Positions 50,108 to 59,858 of a stretch of 64,000 nt of DNA are shown piece after piece; within the stretch, counting starts at the first letter, position 1, and every line of letters starts with the position of its first letter. A model generated the notes under the pieces. The model was not told where the DNA came from. It worked only from the letters and a program-made list of their open reading frames with translations, and ran no database searches. The translations under genes were made by a program, and so were the position numbers. The stretch is from an uncultured bacterium (GTDB taxonomy: Bacteria; Chloroflexota; Anaerolineae; B4-G1), in the NCBI GenBank assembly GCA_965612745.1, contig CBFDTD010000002.1, forward strand, positions 36 to 64,035, read 5' to 3'.

Positions 50108-50244
50108 CTTATCTTCCTCCAGACGTTTGACTACGATGTCGTAGCCCCTGCCGCGGACAACGAGGACGGGGCGACGGGCTTCGGCCGGGTTCTGCCCATA
50201 GACCCGTCGCCCCGCGAATCCGTTACTGTCCTGGAATTCGCGTT

Positions 50245-50718
50245 CTACACCGGCTTGAAGTACGCGATGTCCAAGATGCTTCCCTTCCGCTCCGCTTTGT
50301 CCTTAAAAACGGCCTCCACGCACATCCCTATGCAGACTTGGTCAGGCTTGACCTCACCCAAGTAGTGCACCAGGCCGCCGTCGGTGCCATCCAGGTGCAC
50401 GAAGGCCAGGGCGCGCGGCTCCGGGAGCGGGTTGCCGTCCAGATCCAGGTGGACTATGGTAAAAGTGTGCACCCGGCCGGTGGCTGGCACCTCGACCCAC
50501 TCCTCCAGGTGGGCGAAGCACCGCTCGCAGTAGAGGCGCGGCGGGACGTAGGTGATGCCGCAGGTCGGGCAGACGGTGCCCAGGAACCGGCCATTCTCCT
50601 GAATCTCACGGAAGAACTTCTCTCCGGCGATGCCGACGGTATAGCGGCCCTGGGTAGGCATATCTCCTTCCCAGGCCAGGGCGTCGTGCAAATGTTCGAT
50701 TCGGTGCAATACACTCAT
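50245..50718 (-). CDS. DUF35 OB-fold / zinc-ribbon protein (thiolase-associated)
   Basis: CPTCG...CERC rubredoxin-like ribbon plus OB fold. Confidence 0.8.
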   Translation of the reverse strand: MSVLHRIEHLHDALAWEGDMPTQGRYTVGIAGEKFFREIQENGRFLGTVCPTCGITYVPPRLYCERCFAHLEEWVEVPATGRVHTFTIVHLDLDGNPLPEPRALAFVHLDGTDGGLVHYLGEVKPDQVCIGMCVEAVFKDKAERKGSILDIAYFKPV

Positions 50719-50730
50719 CTCTGCCCTCCT

Positions 50731-51234
50731 CTACTCCAGCGGCTTAAAGTAGGCGATGTCGGTGATGGCGCCGATGCGCTCCTCGGCCGGCTTCCACACC
50801 GCTTGCACCCGCATGCCGATCTTGACCGCTTCCGGCTCCACCTCGCCCAGCAGATGCATGATGCCCATCCCGGGTGAAGCGCCGTCAATCGCGATGACGG
50901 CCGGAATCTGCGGCTTCTCCAGCCGGATCATATCCCAGGTGACGTAGCACAGCGAGTAGGTGATGACGGTGCCGGTGTCCTGGAGGGGCACCCAGCGGTC
51001 GGTGGCACAGAAGCACTGCTCGCAGAACATACGGGGCGGGATCATCACCCGGCGGCACTGGGGGCAACTGCGCCCGATCAGCCGGCCCGCTTTCAACTCT
51101 TGCAGGTAGCGGCCGATGGCCACGCCGGCATCCCAGGCATAGCGGGCGTTGGGATCCCACGTCTCAAAGAGGACGCGGCCTTCCTCGAAATCCTTGCTGC
51201 GAAGGTATACGGTATCGTACACGTGCTCTCTCAT
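50731..51234 (-). CDS. DUF35 OB-fold / zinc-ribbon protein (second copy)
   Basis: CPQCRR...CEQCFC; start trimmed to MREHVYD after GGAGG. Confidence 0.8.
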   Translation of the reverse strand: MREHVYDTVYLRSKDFEEGRVLFETWDPNARYAWDAGVAIGRYLQELKAGRLIGRSCPQCRRVMIPPRMFCEQCFCATDRWVPLQDTGTVITYSLCYVTWDMIRLEKPQIPAVIAIDGASPGMGIMHLLGEVEPEAVKIGMRVQAVWKPAEERIGAITDIAYFKPLE

Positions 51235-51262
51235 TTCTTGCCTCCTGCTTCCTGCATCCTCA

Positions 51263-52429
51263 CTAAACACCCATCACAACCACGGTGCCGACCTGCATCA
51301 GGTCGCCCCAGGCCTGGGCCAGGCCGCGCTTGGGCTGGCCGGGCACCTGGCGGGCGCCCGCTTCCCCCCGCAACTGCCAGAAGATCTCGGCCACCTTCAT
51401 CAGGCCGGCGGCGGCAATGGGATTGCCCACTCCCAGCAGCCCCCCTGAAGGGCAGACGGGCAGGTCGCCATCCCGCTGTGTGACGCCTGCTGCGGTGGCT
51501 TCGGGGGCCTTCCCCTTGTCGAACAGCATCAGCCCTTCCAGGTGGTGCAGTTCCTTGTAGTCGAAGGGGTCATAGGGCTCGACGATGTGAATCTGCTTGC
51601 GCGGCTCGGTAATGCCGGCCATCTTGTAGGCCATCCGCGCCGCCTCCTCGACGTAGACGGGGTAGGAGAGGTCGCGGTTGGTCCAGTAGGCGGTGTCGAG
51701 TGACCAGCCCACTCCCTCGATCCAGACCGGCTTATCGGTCACGCGGCGGGCGACGTGCTCCGCGCACATCACGAGGGCAACAGCACCGTCGGTGACGGGG
51801 CTGACGTCCAGCCGCTGCACCGGCCAGGCCAGCACCTCGGAATTGAGTACGTCTTCGACGGTGATGTTAGGGTCGCCCAGCAGTGCGGCGGGATGGTCGG
51901 CGGCGTTGCGCTTGTTCTTGACCGAGACAAGCGCGATGTCCCGCTTATCCAGCCCATAGCGGCTCATATAGGCGTTCATCTCTAGCGCGAAGATCCAGAG
52001 CAGGTTCGGCCACAGCGGCCGCTCGGTGGTATGGTCGAAGATGGTGAGAAAAGCCCCCTGCGGGTGGGGCTGGCAGGAGGACATTTTCTCCTCGCAGACG
52101 ACCAGGACGGTATCGAAGAGGCCGCTGGCGACGTGGTACCAGCCCTGGAGCACGGAGAAAACGCCCGTGCCCCCGCCGACGTAGCCGCGCATCACCGGCT
52201 TGCCCCAGGCCCCACAGCCGTCGGAGAGGTACTCGCCTTTCATGTGCACGCTGTCAAAGGCGTCAGGCGCGGTGCCGATGACGACGGCGTCCACGTCGTC
52301 CAGCGTCAACTCGCACGATTCCAGCGCCAGGTGGGCAGCCTCCCAGGCCAGTTCCTTGGCTGTCTCCTGAGCGCGGCGGACGAACTTGGTCATCCCCGCG
52401 CCGACGACAGCAACGCGATTTCCACTCAT
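51263..52429 (-). CDS. thiolase-domain protein (SCP-x / condensing-enzyme type)
   Basis: 388 aa; thiolase fold; C-terminal GGLLGVGNP. Confidence 0.85.
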   Translation of the reverse strand: MSGNRVAVVGAGMTKFVRRAQETAKELAWEAAHLALESCELTLDDVDAVVIGTAPDAFDSVHMKGEYLSDGCGAWGKPVMRGYVGGGTGVFSVLQGWYHVASGLFDTVLVVCEEKMSSCQPHPQGAFLTIFDHTTERPLWPNLLWIFALEMNAYMSRYGLDKRDIALVSVKNKRNAADHPAALLGDPNITVEDVLNSEVLAWPVQRLDVSPVTDGAVALVMCAEHVARRVTDKPVWIEGVGWSLDTAYWTNRDLSYPVYVEEAARMAYKMAGITEPRKQIHIVEPYDPFDYKELHHLEGLMLFDKGKAPEATAAGVTQRDGDLPVCPSGGLLGVGNPIAAAGLMKVAEIFWQLRGEAGARQVPGQPKRGLAQAWGDLMQVGTVVVMGV

Positions 52430-52439
52430 CGTTCACCTC

Positions 52440-53591
52440 CTAGTTACTCAGGATCACGGCCGCGCCGCCGGTGGTGGGCACACCGCGCCAGCCGAAGGCC
52501 AGGCCGACCTCGGCGCCTTCGATCTGGCGTGGCCCAGCCTCACCGCGCAGTTGCAGCACCACCTCCAGAACGCGAGCCAGCCCGGTGGCATCGAGCAGAT
52601 GGCCCTCGCCGAGCGCACCACCGGAGGGGTTGACCGGGAACTCGCCGGAGAGTTCCGTGCCCCCCTCGGCGGTCCAGGGGCCAGCAGCGCCTGGCTGACA
52701 CAGCCCCAACGCCTCCAGGTGTTGCAGTTCCTTGTAGGCGAAGGTGTCGTCCACCTCGGCGAAGTCGATCTCCTGGCGAGGGCTCTTGATGCCGGCGGTG
52801 CGGTAGGCCATCTGGGCCGCGTCTCGGGCGTAGCGGGCCTCTCCCCAGGGGCGGCTCTCCAGCCAGAAGGTGTCGTTGGCCCATCCTACGCCGCGCACCC
52901 AGACCGGCCTGTCGGTGAGGGCACGGGCGGTGGAGCCCTCGGCCAGCACAAAGACGATGGCTCCATCGCTGTGGCCTGCACACTCCAACCGGGTCAGCGG
53001 CTCGGCCAGCGGCTCGGAGGCCAGCACGTCATCGGCAGAGACGGCGGCCCCGTATCCGGCCAGCGGGTTGAGCAGTGCGTTGTTGCGGTTCTTCGCGGCC
53101 ACGCACGCGCACTCCCGATGGGTCGTCCCGGTCTCGGCCATGTAGCGCCGCATCTCCATCCCCGCCACGTAGTAGGGATGGGCGGCCAGCGGTCGGTTGA
53201 AGACCGGGTCGAAGGCGAAGGCCAGGATGTAGGGCAAGGTGAGGATGTTGGAAGCCTTGCTGTGCCCCTCGACGACGACGATGTCGAATTGGCCGGTGAG
53301 AATCTGCATCACGGCCGCCGCCAGGCCGTGGATGCCCTCACCGGCGATGGTCTGGACGGGGCGATGCAGCGCGCCCAGTTGGTCGGGCACGTACTCGTCG
53401 AAGATGCTGGTGCCCTCGTTGTAGTCCTCAGCGACGGTGACGAAACTATCCACGTCCCGGCGGGGGTCAATCCCGGCCTCTTCGTAAGCCTTGACCGCGG
53501 CCTCGTACATCAGTTCTTTGTACGACAGGTCAGGCGTGATGGAGCGGAAGCCGCTCCAACCAACTCCCACGATGGCAACTTCTCGGATCAT
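52440..53591 (-). CDS. thiolase-domain protein (second paralog)
   Basis: 383 aa; paralogous to 51263-52429. Confidence 0.85.
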   Translation of the reverse strand: MIREVAIVGVGWSGFRSITPDLSYKELMYEAAVKAYEEAGIDPRRDVDSFVTVAEDYNEGTSIFDEYVPDQLGALHRPVQTIAGEGIHGLAAAVMQILTGQFDIVVVEGHSKASNILTLPYILAFAFDPVFNRPLAAHPYYVAGMEMRRYMAETGTTHRECACVAAKNRNNALLNPLAGYGAAVSADDVLASEPLAEPLTRLECAGHSDGAIVFVLAEGSTARALTDRPVWVRGVGWANDTFWLESRPWGEARYARDAAQMAYRTAGIKSPRQEIDFAEVDDTFAYKELQHLEALGLCQPGAAGPWTAEGGTELSGEFPVNPSGGALGEGHLLDATGLARVLEVVLQLRGEAGPRQIEGAEVGLAFGWRGVPTTGGAAVILSN

Positions 53592-53712
53592 AAATTACCT
53601 CCTCATTGTGCTTCTATCTTCTCAATCTAGGCCAGCGCGATGGCCTCAATGCGCTCGCGCAAGTAGTTCAAGCGTCGCTTGATGGACTCGTCCACCTCGT
53701 CGCGGATCGCGT

Positions 53713-54627
53713 TCACCTCCCTTCCGATAAAGCCCCATCGAAAAAGGCCCCTACTCTTCGCTCCCATTCCTCCGGAGCGGCCTGAAGGTAGCCACCGTGA
53801 CCGCAATCAGGCACGATCCACAGCGCCTTCGGCTCGCCAGCCGCCTCGTACTGCTCCCAGGCGTGGCCCGCGTCGGCCTCGTGTTCGCCGTAGATAAGGA
53901 GTAGAGGGCGTGGGCTGATTTGCTCAATCACGCGGATGGGGCTGATAGATCGGGTGTCAACTCCTGTCTCCCAGCGGAAGAACAAGGGATGCGTGCTATA
54001 GAGCAGACGTGTCAGTATAGAACACTGCCTGTCGCTATCGGTGATGTCGGCGGTGAGATCGTAGAAGCCACCCTCAGCCACCACTGCCTCGATGCGCTCG
54101 TCCCGCGCCGCCCCCAGGATGGCGATCACTCCTCCCAGGGAGTAGCCCAACACCCCCACGTGGGCCACGCCCGGCCGGCTGCGCGCCCACGTCACCGCCT
54201 CCGCCAGATCGGCCGCCTCCCGGTGGCCCAGGGTGGCCTGCCCCTCGGGGTGGGCGCAGGAGCGCAGTTCGGTCATCAACAGGCCATAGCCGTGGCGGGC
54301 CAGGATCGCTCCCTCTCGCAGCATCCCGTCCCGCGCGCCGTTTATGCCCGGCAGCAGGACGATCACCGCGCCGTTCTGCGGAGGAAGATACCAGGCCCGA
54401 AGCGCCAGCCCGTCGTGGCTGGTGTAGGTGACATCTTGCGTGCCCTCAATCCCCACATCGGCCGGGGTGGCCCCCGTCTCCCTGCACCCGGGGTGGGTGA
54501 GAGCGTGGATGTAGAGGGCGCTGGTCAGTAGCCCGTATCCGGCGATGCCTCCTACCAGTCCTGCGGCGAGGGCGACAACCGTCAGCTTTGCCAGGCGCAG
54601 CCAGTACCGGCGGTCTCGTTGCACGAG
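53713..54627 (-). CDS. alpha/beta-fold hydrolase with N-terminal TM anchor
   Basis: GYSLGG nucleophile elbow; ...PDCGHGGY; start trimmed (GTG about 54627) because the upstream part of the 566-aa ORF overlaps the plus-strand kinase. Confidence 0.7.
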   Translation of the reverse strand, partial: LVQRDRRYWLRLAKLTVVALAAGLVGGIAGYGLLTSALYIHALTHPGCRETGATPADVGIEGTQDVTYTSHDGLALRAWYLPPQNGAVIVLLPGINGARDGMLREGAILARHGYGLLMTELRSCAHPEGQATLGHREAADLAEAVTWARSRPGVAHVGVLGYSLGGVIAILGAARDERIEAVVAEGGFYDLTADITDSDRQCSILTRLLYSTHPLFFRWETGVDTRSISPIRVIEQISPRPLLLIYGEHEADAGHAWEQYEAAGEPKALWIVPDCGHGGYLQAAPEEWERRVGAFFDGALSEGR

Positions 54628-54720
54628 GTCATTGTATACCAAATAGGGCAAAATGCAAAGTCGCCTAGCCTTGCCGAATTCCCTAATACGGGTATACTGG
54701 TAACTTGAGATTGGCAGAGG

Positions 54721-56361
54721 ATGGCTCCAAGCATGTTCAACCTCACCGGCAAGACCCTCGGCAAGTACCGCCTCATCGAGAAACTGGGCCAGGGTGGGAT
54801 GGCCCAGGTCTATAAGGCCTACCAGCCTGACTTGGACCGGTACGTCGCCATTAAGGTTCTGCACCCCCACCTGACCGGCGACGAGGATTTCGCGGCCCGC
54901 TTCCGGCGGGAGGCCCGCGCCGTCGCTGTGCTTCAGCACCCCCACATCGTCCGCGTCTACGACTTCGACACCGACGAGGGGCTGGCTTTTCTGGTGATGG
55001 AGTACCTGGAAGGGATCAATCTTAGAGAGCGACTGCGTGACCTGAACTGCCATGGGGAGTTGATGGATCTGGAGGAGGTGGGGCGCATTGTGGGTGCGCT
55101 GGCCGACGCGCTGGATCACGCCCATCGTCAGGGATTGGTGCACCGGGACCTCAAACCCTCCAACGTAATCATCACCGCCGACGGACGCCCGGTGCTGACC
55201 GACTTTGGCATCGCCCGGATGGTGGATGCCACGGTCATCACCGAGAGCGGTGGCACGCTGGGCACGCCAGCCTACATGTCGCCTGAGCAGTGCCGAGGGG
55301 AGCCTGGTGATGCTCGCTCCGATGTCTACTCCCTGGGGGTGCTGCTGTACCGACTCTGCACCGGGCGCGTCCCCTTCGACGCCGATACCCCCTACGCGAT
55401 CATCCTCAAGCACATCACTGCGCCGCTACCCCCACCTCGTTCCATCCGCCCGGAGTTGCCCGAGGCCGTCGAGCGGGTGATCCTCAAGGCGCTGGCCAAA
55501 GATCCCGGCGACCGCTACCAGACGGCGGGTGAGATGGGGCGTGCCCTTCGCGTCGCCCTCGAAGCACCTCCGGCCACGCCACCTCCCTCCCGCCACCGCG
55601 TCATCTTGCGCGGCGCTCTTGACGCTGCCAATGAGTGGTTTCAGACGGTGCTGCCCACTTCTCGACGCCGTGGCCTCCTGCGCACCGCAGCGTTGATCGC
55701 TGCTACCAGTGTTATGTGCCTGCTTCTGTTGCTCGCCACCCGCCCTTTTCGGATACGACGTTTCCTGGCTCATCTCACCCCCCCACCTGCCCCCGAAACA
55801 GGTCGCGCCACGCTGATTCTCGCAGGACCTGACGTGGTGGCCGATACCTGGCTTAACCCCGACCTGCCCGACGAAACTTGGCACGAGACCGACCTGGTGC
55901 ACCTGCAAGGCCCGCTCACCCCTGATCGGCTCCTGTTCCGCTTTGACTTGGCCGACTTGCCCGTTGACGCCACCGTCATCTCGGCCACGCTCACGCTGCG
56001 GGTGGAACTATGGGGCGATCAGTCCTTCCCCGGCGCCGCCGTCGTCTACCGGGTGCTGACCCCCTGGGAGCCCGCCATGGCAACCTATAACGAGCCGTGG
56101 AGCGCGCCGGGCCTCGTCGCCGGCGTAGATTACGACCCCACGCCGCTCGATGTCGCCCCCGTACCCGACGCGGGACACCTGACCTTTGATGTAGGCCGGG
56201 CGCTGGTATCGTGGCACGAGCGGAGCGAGCCCAACTACGGCCTGGTGGTGATGATGTCGGAGGACAGCCACAACCAAGCCCACCATTGGGTCTACATGAG
56301 CGAGCAGCCCGACCCCGCCGATCGGCCCACATTGCGCATCGCCTATGAGGTGGCGCCGTAA
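54721..56361 (+). CDS. Hanks-type Ser/Thr protein kinase with single TM and about 180-aa extracytoplasmic C-terminal domain
   Basis: GQGGMAQVYKA, VAIK, HRDLKPSNV, DFGIA, GTPAYMSPE; TM region LIAATSVMCLLLLLA. Confidence 0.9.
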   Translation: MAPSMFNLTGKTLGKYRLIEKLGQGGMAQVYKAYQPDLDRYVAIKVLHPHLTGDEDFAARFRREARAVAVLQHPHIVRVYDFDTDEGLAFLVMEYLEGINLRERLRDLNCHGELMDLEEVGRIVGALADALDHAHRQGLVHRDLKPSNVIITADGRPVLTDFGIARMVDATVITESGGTLGTPAYMSPEQCRGEPGDARSDVYSLGVLLYRLCTGRVPFDADTPYAIILKHITAPLPPPRSIRPELPEAVERVILKALAKDPGDRYQTAGEMGRALRVALEAPPATPPPSRHRVILRGALDAANEWFQTVLPTSRRRGLLRTAALIAATSVMCLLLLLATRPFRIRRFLAHLTPPPAPETGRATLILAGPDVVADTWLNPDLPDETWHETDLVHLQGPLTPDRLLFRFDLADLPVDATVISATLTLRVELWGDQSFPGAAVVYRVLTPWEPAMATYNEPWSAPGLVAGVDYDPTPLDVAPVPDAGHLTFDVGRALVSWHERSEPNYGLVVMMSEDSHNQAHHWVYMSEQPDPADRPTLRIAYEVAP

Positions 56362-56383
56362 TGGAGAACGCGCTTTGTCTGGT

Positions 56384-56992
56384 ATGATGGGCGAGGGCAT
56401 CCCTTATCTGATAGATGCAGCGGGGCGGCAGTTCCCGCTGGAAGGCGGAGTGGTCATACTGGGCCGTTCTCCCAATTGCGACGTTATCATTCCTGACCAG
56501 CGGGTCTCCCGGCGCCACGCCGAGGTTCGCTGGGATGGCGAAACCGCCACACTGTGTGACCTGGGCAGCGCCAATGGCACTTTCCTCAACGGACGCCGCA
56601 TCACTACCCCTCAGACGTTGCACGACGGCGACGAGATTGGTATCGCCAGTGCCCTCTTCTCCTTCCGCGACCCCGAGGCCACCATTCGCGTAGCCGAGTT
56701 TCCTCGGCTGGTGGTGGACGAGGCCACAGGCGAAATCTGGGTCAACCGGAACCCCATCTCCCTCTCCCCCAAGGAACAAGCCCTGTTCGATCTGCTCTAC
56801 CACAACGTTGGCCGTGTATGTTCCAAGCAGAGGATCGCCGAGGCGGTTTGGCCGGAGTACCAGGCCGAGGTGTACGACTACCAGATTGAGAGCCTGGTCA
56901 AACGGCTGCGCGAGAAACTGGAGCCCGACCCGCGCCACCCTGTGCTGATCCTCACCGTGCGTGGGCGGGGATACAAACTGATCATTTACTGA
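56384..56992 (+). CDS. FHA-domain protein fused to an OmpR-type winged-helix DNA-binding domain
   Basis: FHA (VILGRSPNCDVIIPDQRVSRRHAEV...GSANGTFLNGRRI) followed by a trans_reg_C-like region (LSPKEQALFDLL...LVKRLREKL...VRGRGYKL). Confidence 0.8.
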   Translation: MMGEGIPYLIDAAGRQFPLEGGVVILGRSPNCDVIIPDQRVSRRHAEVRWDGETATLCDLGSANGTFLNGRRITTPQTLHDGDEIGIASALFSFRDPEATIRVAEFPRLVVDEATGEIWVNRNPISLSPKEQALFDLLYHNVGRVCSKQRIAEAVWPEYQAEVYDYQIESLVKRLREKLEPDPRHPVLILTVRGRGYKLIIY

Positions 56993-57394
56993 TCGCTAAT
57001 CCTCCAACTGTTGGCTAATTGTTGGCTGCAGGTTGGGCGGGCCGGCGCCAAAGACGGTATCCTTGAGGCAGAATCCGTGCCATCCTGCCCATCCGTGGTT
57101 CTCAGCACGAAAGTGGTTGCCGTGGATCACTACAACGAATTTGGAATAAAACGAATGGCTGGGTGAAGAAGAATCCGTTGGTTTCTCAATTCGCTGTAGT
57201 GTTGTCGCTGTAGTGTTGCTGGGGCGAAAAGCGGGCTTTCCGAGAAGGCTCTCACCGCGAAAGGAGGCGATGTCCCGTGTGACCGACCACTAGGCAGGCG
57301 TCGGCTGCGCTACCCGTAGCCATGCCGATCAGAGGCACGACTGCAACCTGCCCCGCCATTTGGGGCATAGCCACGATTGAAAGGAGAATTTCAA

Positions 57395-59770
57395 ATGAAC
57401 AGGAAATGGATACTGGCTGCTATTCTAACTCTGGGTCTGCTGGCAGTCACAGCGGCCGTGGCTCTCTCATGGTCGGATGTAGACCCGGCGACCGGCGCTG
57501 GCCCCGACTTCATGATCTCCCTGCCGCTGGACGACCAGGCCGCCCCCTCTGTGGCCTACAACTCGGATGATGATGAGTATCTGGTGGTCTGGTGGGACGA
57601 GCGCCCTGGCACCGACGACGCGGACATCTACGGCCAAATCTTCTCCGCCAGCGGCATCCCCCAGGGCGACAACTTCGTGGTCTCCAGCGCTGCCGACGAG
57701 CAGGGTTACCCCCACGTCGCCTACAACTCGACCGACCATAACTACATGGTGATATGGCGCGACAAGCGAAGCGGCACGAACTACGATGTATACGGCCAGG
57801 TCGTCAACACCGACGGCACCCTCTCAGGCACCGATTTCGCCATCAATACCGATGCCGGAGATCAGAAGCCCAAGGACATAGTCTACGATCCCAACGCCAA
57901 CCATTACCTGCTGGTGTGGGTGGACGATGGCGAGAACCGGATCGAGGGGCAACTGCTAGATAACGTGGGAGGACTCATCGGCACCAATGCTTTCCCCATC
58001 GCCGCTGGCGGTGACCGCCCACGGGTGGCCTACAACAGCAACCGCAACAGTTACATGGTCGTCTACGAGCAGGGAGGCGACATCTACGGCCAGGCCATCG
58101 CCGGTGACGGCTCACTTTCTGGCTCCACCTTCGTCGTCTGCGACGACTCTTCCGAACAGGCCACCCTCGATCTGGAGTTCAACTCCAACACTCACGAGTA
58201 CCTGGTCGTCTGGCGGGATGAGCGCAATGGCAACTGGGACATCTACGGTCGGCGCATAGACGAGGACGGCAATCTGCAAGGAGATGAGATCGTTATCTGC
58301 GACGACGCCGCCGGCCAGTACGGCCCGGAGGTGGCCTACAACGAACGGGTCAACCAGTGGCTGGTGGCCTGGGTTGATCATCGGAACCTGGACACCAGCG
58401 GCACAGACATCTACGGCCAGCGGGTGCGGGGGTCCGACGGGAGCCTGGCTGGGCAGGGCAACTTCGCCATCTGCGATGGCCCTGACGACCAGAGGAGCGT
58501 GGCGCTGGCCGCCCGGCCCACTTTGTTGGGTGCCGAATACCTGGCGGTGTGGGAGGATCAACGCAGCGGCGACGGGCTGGAGATCGTCGGACAGCGCGTC
58601 GGTGCGCTGCTGGGTACGCTCAACTGGCACGATGTCAACATCTCCGCGCCGCTGGGGAGCCAGGAGCACCCCCGCGTGGCCTACAACTCCACTGATCGGC
58701 AGTTCCTCGTCGTCTGGCAGGACGAGCGCGACGGCAACTCGGACATCTACGCCCAGATCGTGCTCACCACCGGCATTCCCATCACCGATAACATCGTCGT
58801 GCGGGACGAGGCTCACGAATTAGTGGACCCCGTCGTGGCCTATAATCCCTACGCCAATACCTACCTGATTGCCTGGGAGGACGAAACAGAGGGAGACATT
58901 GAGGGTGTCATCCTCGAACATGACGGGGACCTCGCCGGCAGTGCCTTTGACATCTCCGCCGGGGATGATGCGCGTCAGAACCCGGCCGTGGTCTTCAACC
59001 CGGATGTCAGTTGGTACCTGGTCGTTTTCGAATACCAGACGGAGGATGGGAAGGACATTTATGGCCGCCATGTGGAGGCTGACGGTGACCTGCCCGGAGA
59101 CGACTTCCCTATCTCCACAGCGAACGGCGACCAACTCTTCCCGGATGTGGTCTACAACGACTATGACGACGCATATCTGGTTGCCTGGAGCGACACACGA
59201 GACGACGAGGGCGACGTCTATGCCCGGCGGGTGCTCGTCAACGAAACCGTTCTCGATGAATTCGCCATCTCCACGGCCAACGACGCTCAGACTTGCCCTG
59301 CCCTGGCCTGGAACGAGGACGACAACGAGTACCTGGTGGTCTGGCACGACTACCGGGACTCCGGCACCACCGGCGCCGACATCTATGGCCAGCGGTTGAG
59401 TAATACCGGCGGCCTGGAAGGGGACAACTTCGCCCTCTGCACCGCCTCGGACCACCAGATGTATCCTCGTGTCAACTACATCAGCGCTTATGGCCGCTAC
59501 TTCGTCACCTGGCAGAGTGGGAGTGATGCCACCAGTTGGGACATCTACGGGCAGAACGTGAACGCCGATGGTAGCCTCTATCTTGGTAACGTGCCGCTCT
59601 TCGTCTTCTCCGGCTACCAGCAGCGGCCCGATGGGGCCTTCAGCCCGGAGGCCGATCGTGGGCTGACGGTGTGGCAGGATGGGCGCAACGGCGCCACCTT
59701 CAAGATCTACGGTCGCATCAAGGAGCCGCGGTTCCCCGTCTACCTGCCGCTCGTGCTGCGCAATTACTGA
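57395..59770 (+). CDS. secreted protein with about 16 tandem ~48-aa repeats (P.VAYN...YLVVW.D.R.G..DIYGQR...DG...G) and C-terminal tail RFPVYLPLVLRNY
   Basis: signal peptide; highly regular repeats; start at ATG 57395 after AAAGGAGAA. Confidence 0.8.
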   Translation: MNRKWILAAILTLGLLAVTAAVALSWSDVDPATGAGPDFMISLPLDDQAAPSVAYNSDDDEYLVVWWDERPGTDDADIYGQIFSASGIPQGDNFVVSSAADEQGYPHVAYNSTDHNYMVIWRDKRSGTNYDVYGQVVNTDGTLSGTDFAINTDAGDQKPKDIVYDPNANHYLLVWVDDGENRIEGQLLDNVGGLIGTNAFPIAAGGDRPRVAYNSNRNSYMVVYEQGGDIYGQAIAGDGSLSGSTFVVCDDSSEQATLDLEFNSNTHEYLVVWRDERNGNWDIYGRRIDEDGNLQGDEIVICDDAAGQYGPEVAYNERVNQWLVAWVDHRNLDTSGTDIYGQRVRGSDGSLAGQGNFAICDGPDDQRSVALAARPTLLGAEYLAVWEDQRSGDGLEIVGQRVGALLGTLNWHDVNISAPLGSQEHPRVAYNSTDRQFLVVWQDERDGNSDIYAQIVLTTGIPITDNIVVRDEAHELVDPVVAYNPYANTYLIAWEDETEGDIEGVILEHDGDLAGSAFDISAGDDARQNPAVVFNPDVSWYLVVFEYQTEDGKDIYGRHVEADGDLPGDDFPISTANGDQLFPDVVYNDYDDAYLVAWSDTRDDEGDVYARRVLVNETVLDEFAISTANDAQTCPALAWNEDDNEYLVVWHDYRDSGTTGADIYGQRLSNTGGLEGDNFALCTASDHQMYPRVNYISAYGRYFVTWQSGSDATSWDIYGQNVNADGSLYLGNVPLFVFSGYQQRPDGAFSPEADRGLTVWQDGRNGATFKIYGRIKEPRFPVYLPLVLRNY

Positions 59771-59774
59771 GCAC

Positions 59775-59816
59775 GCCAGGGCCGGGCGCTGGCTCGCGCC
59801 GCCCCCCGGCCCTGGT
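59775..59816 (+). terminator. GC-rich hairpin CCAGGGCCGGG...CCCGGCCCTGG followed by TCACGTTTC
   Basis: 11-bp inverted repeat directly after the stop codon. Confidence 0.6.
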
Positions 59817-59858
59817 CACGTTTCATGCATCACGTTTCACGCGACAGGAGGTGAACCG

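Noticed and set aside
54628-55413. Upstream 260 aa of the 566-aa minus-strand ORF
   Set aside because: This stretch overlaps the well-supported plus-strand Ser/Thr kinase gene. The hydrolase homology (TM anchor plus GYSLGG) starts near 54627.
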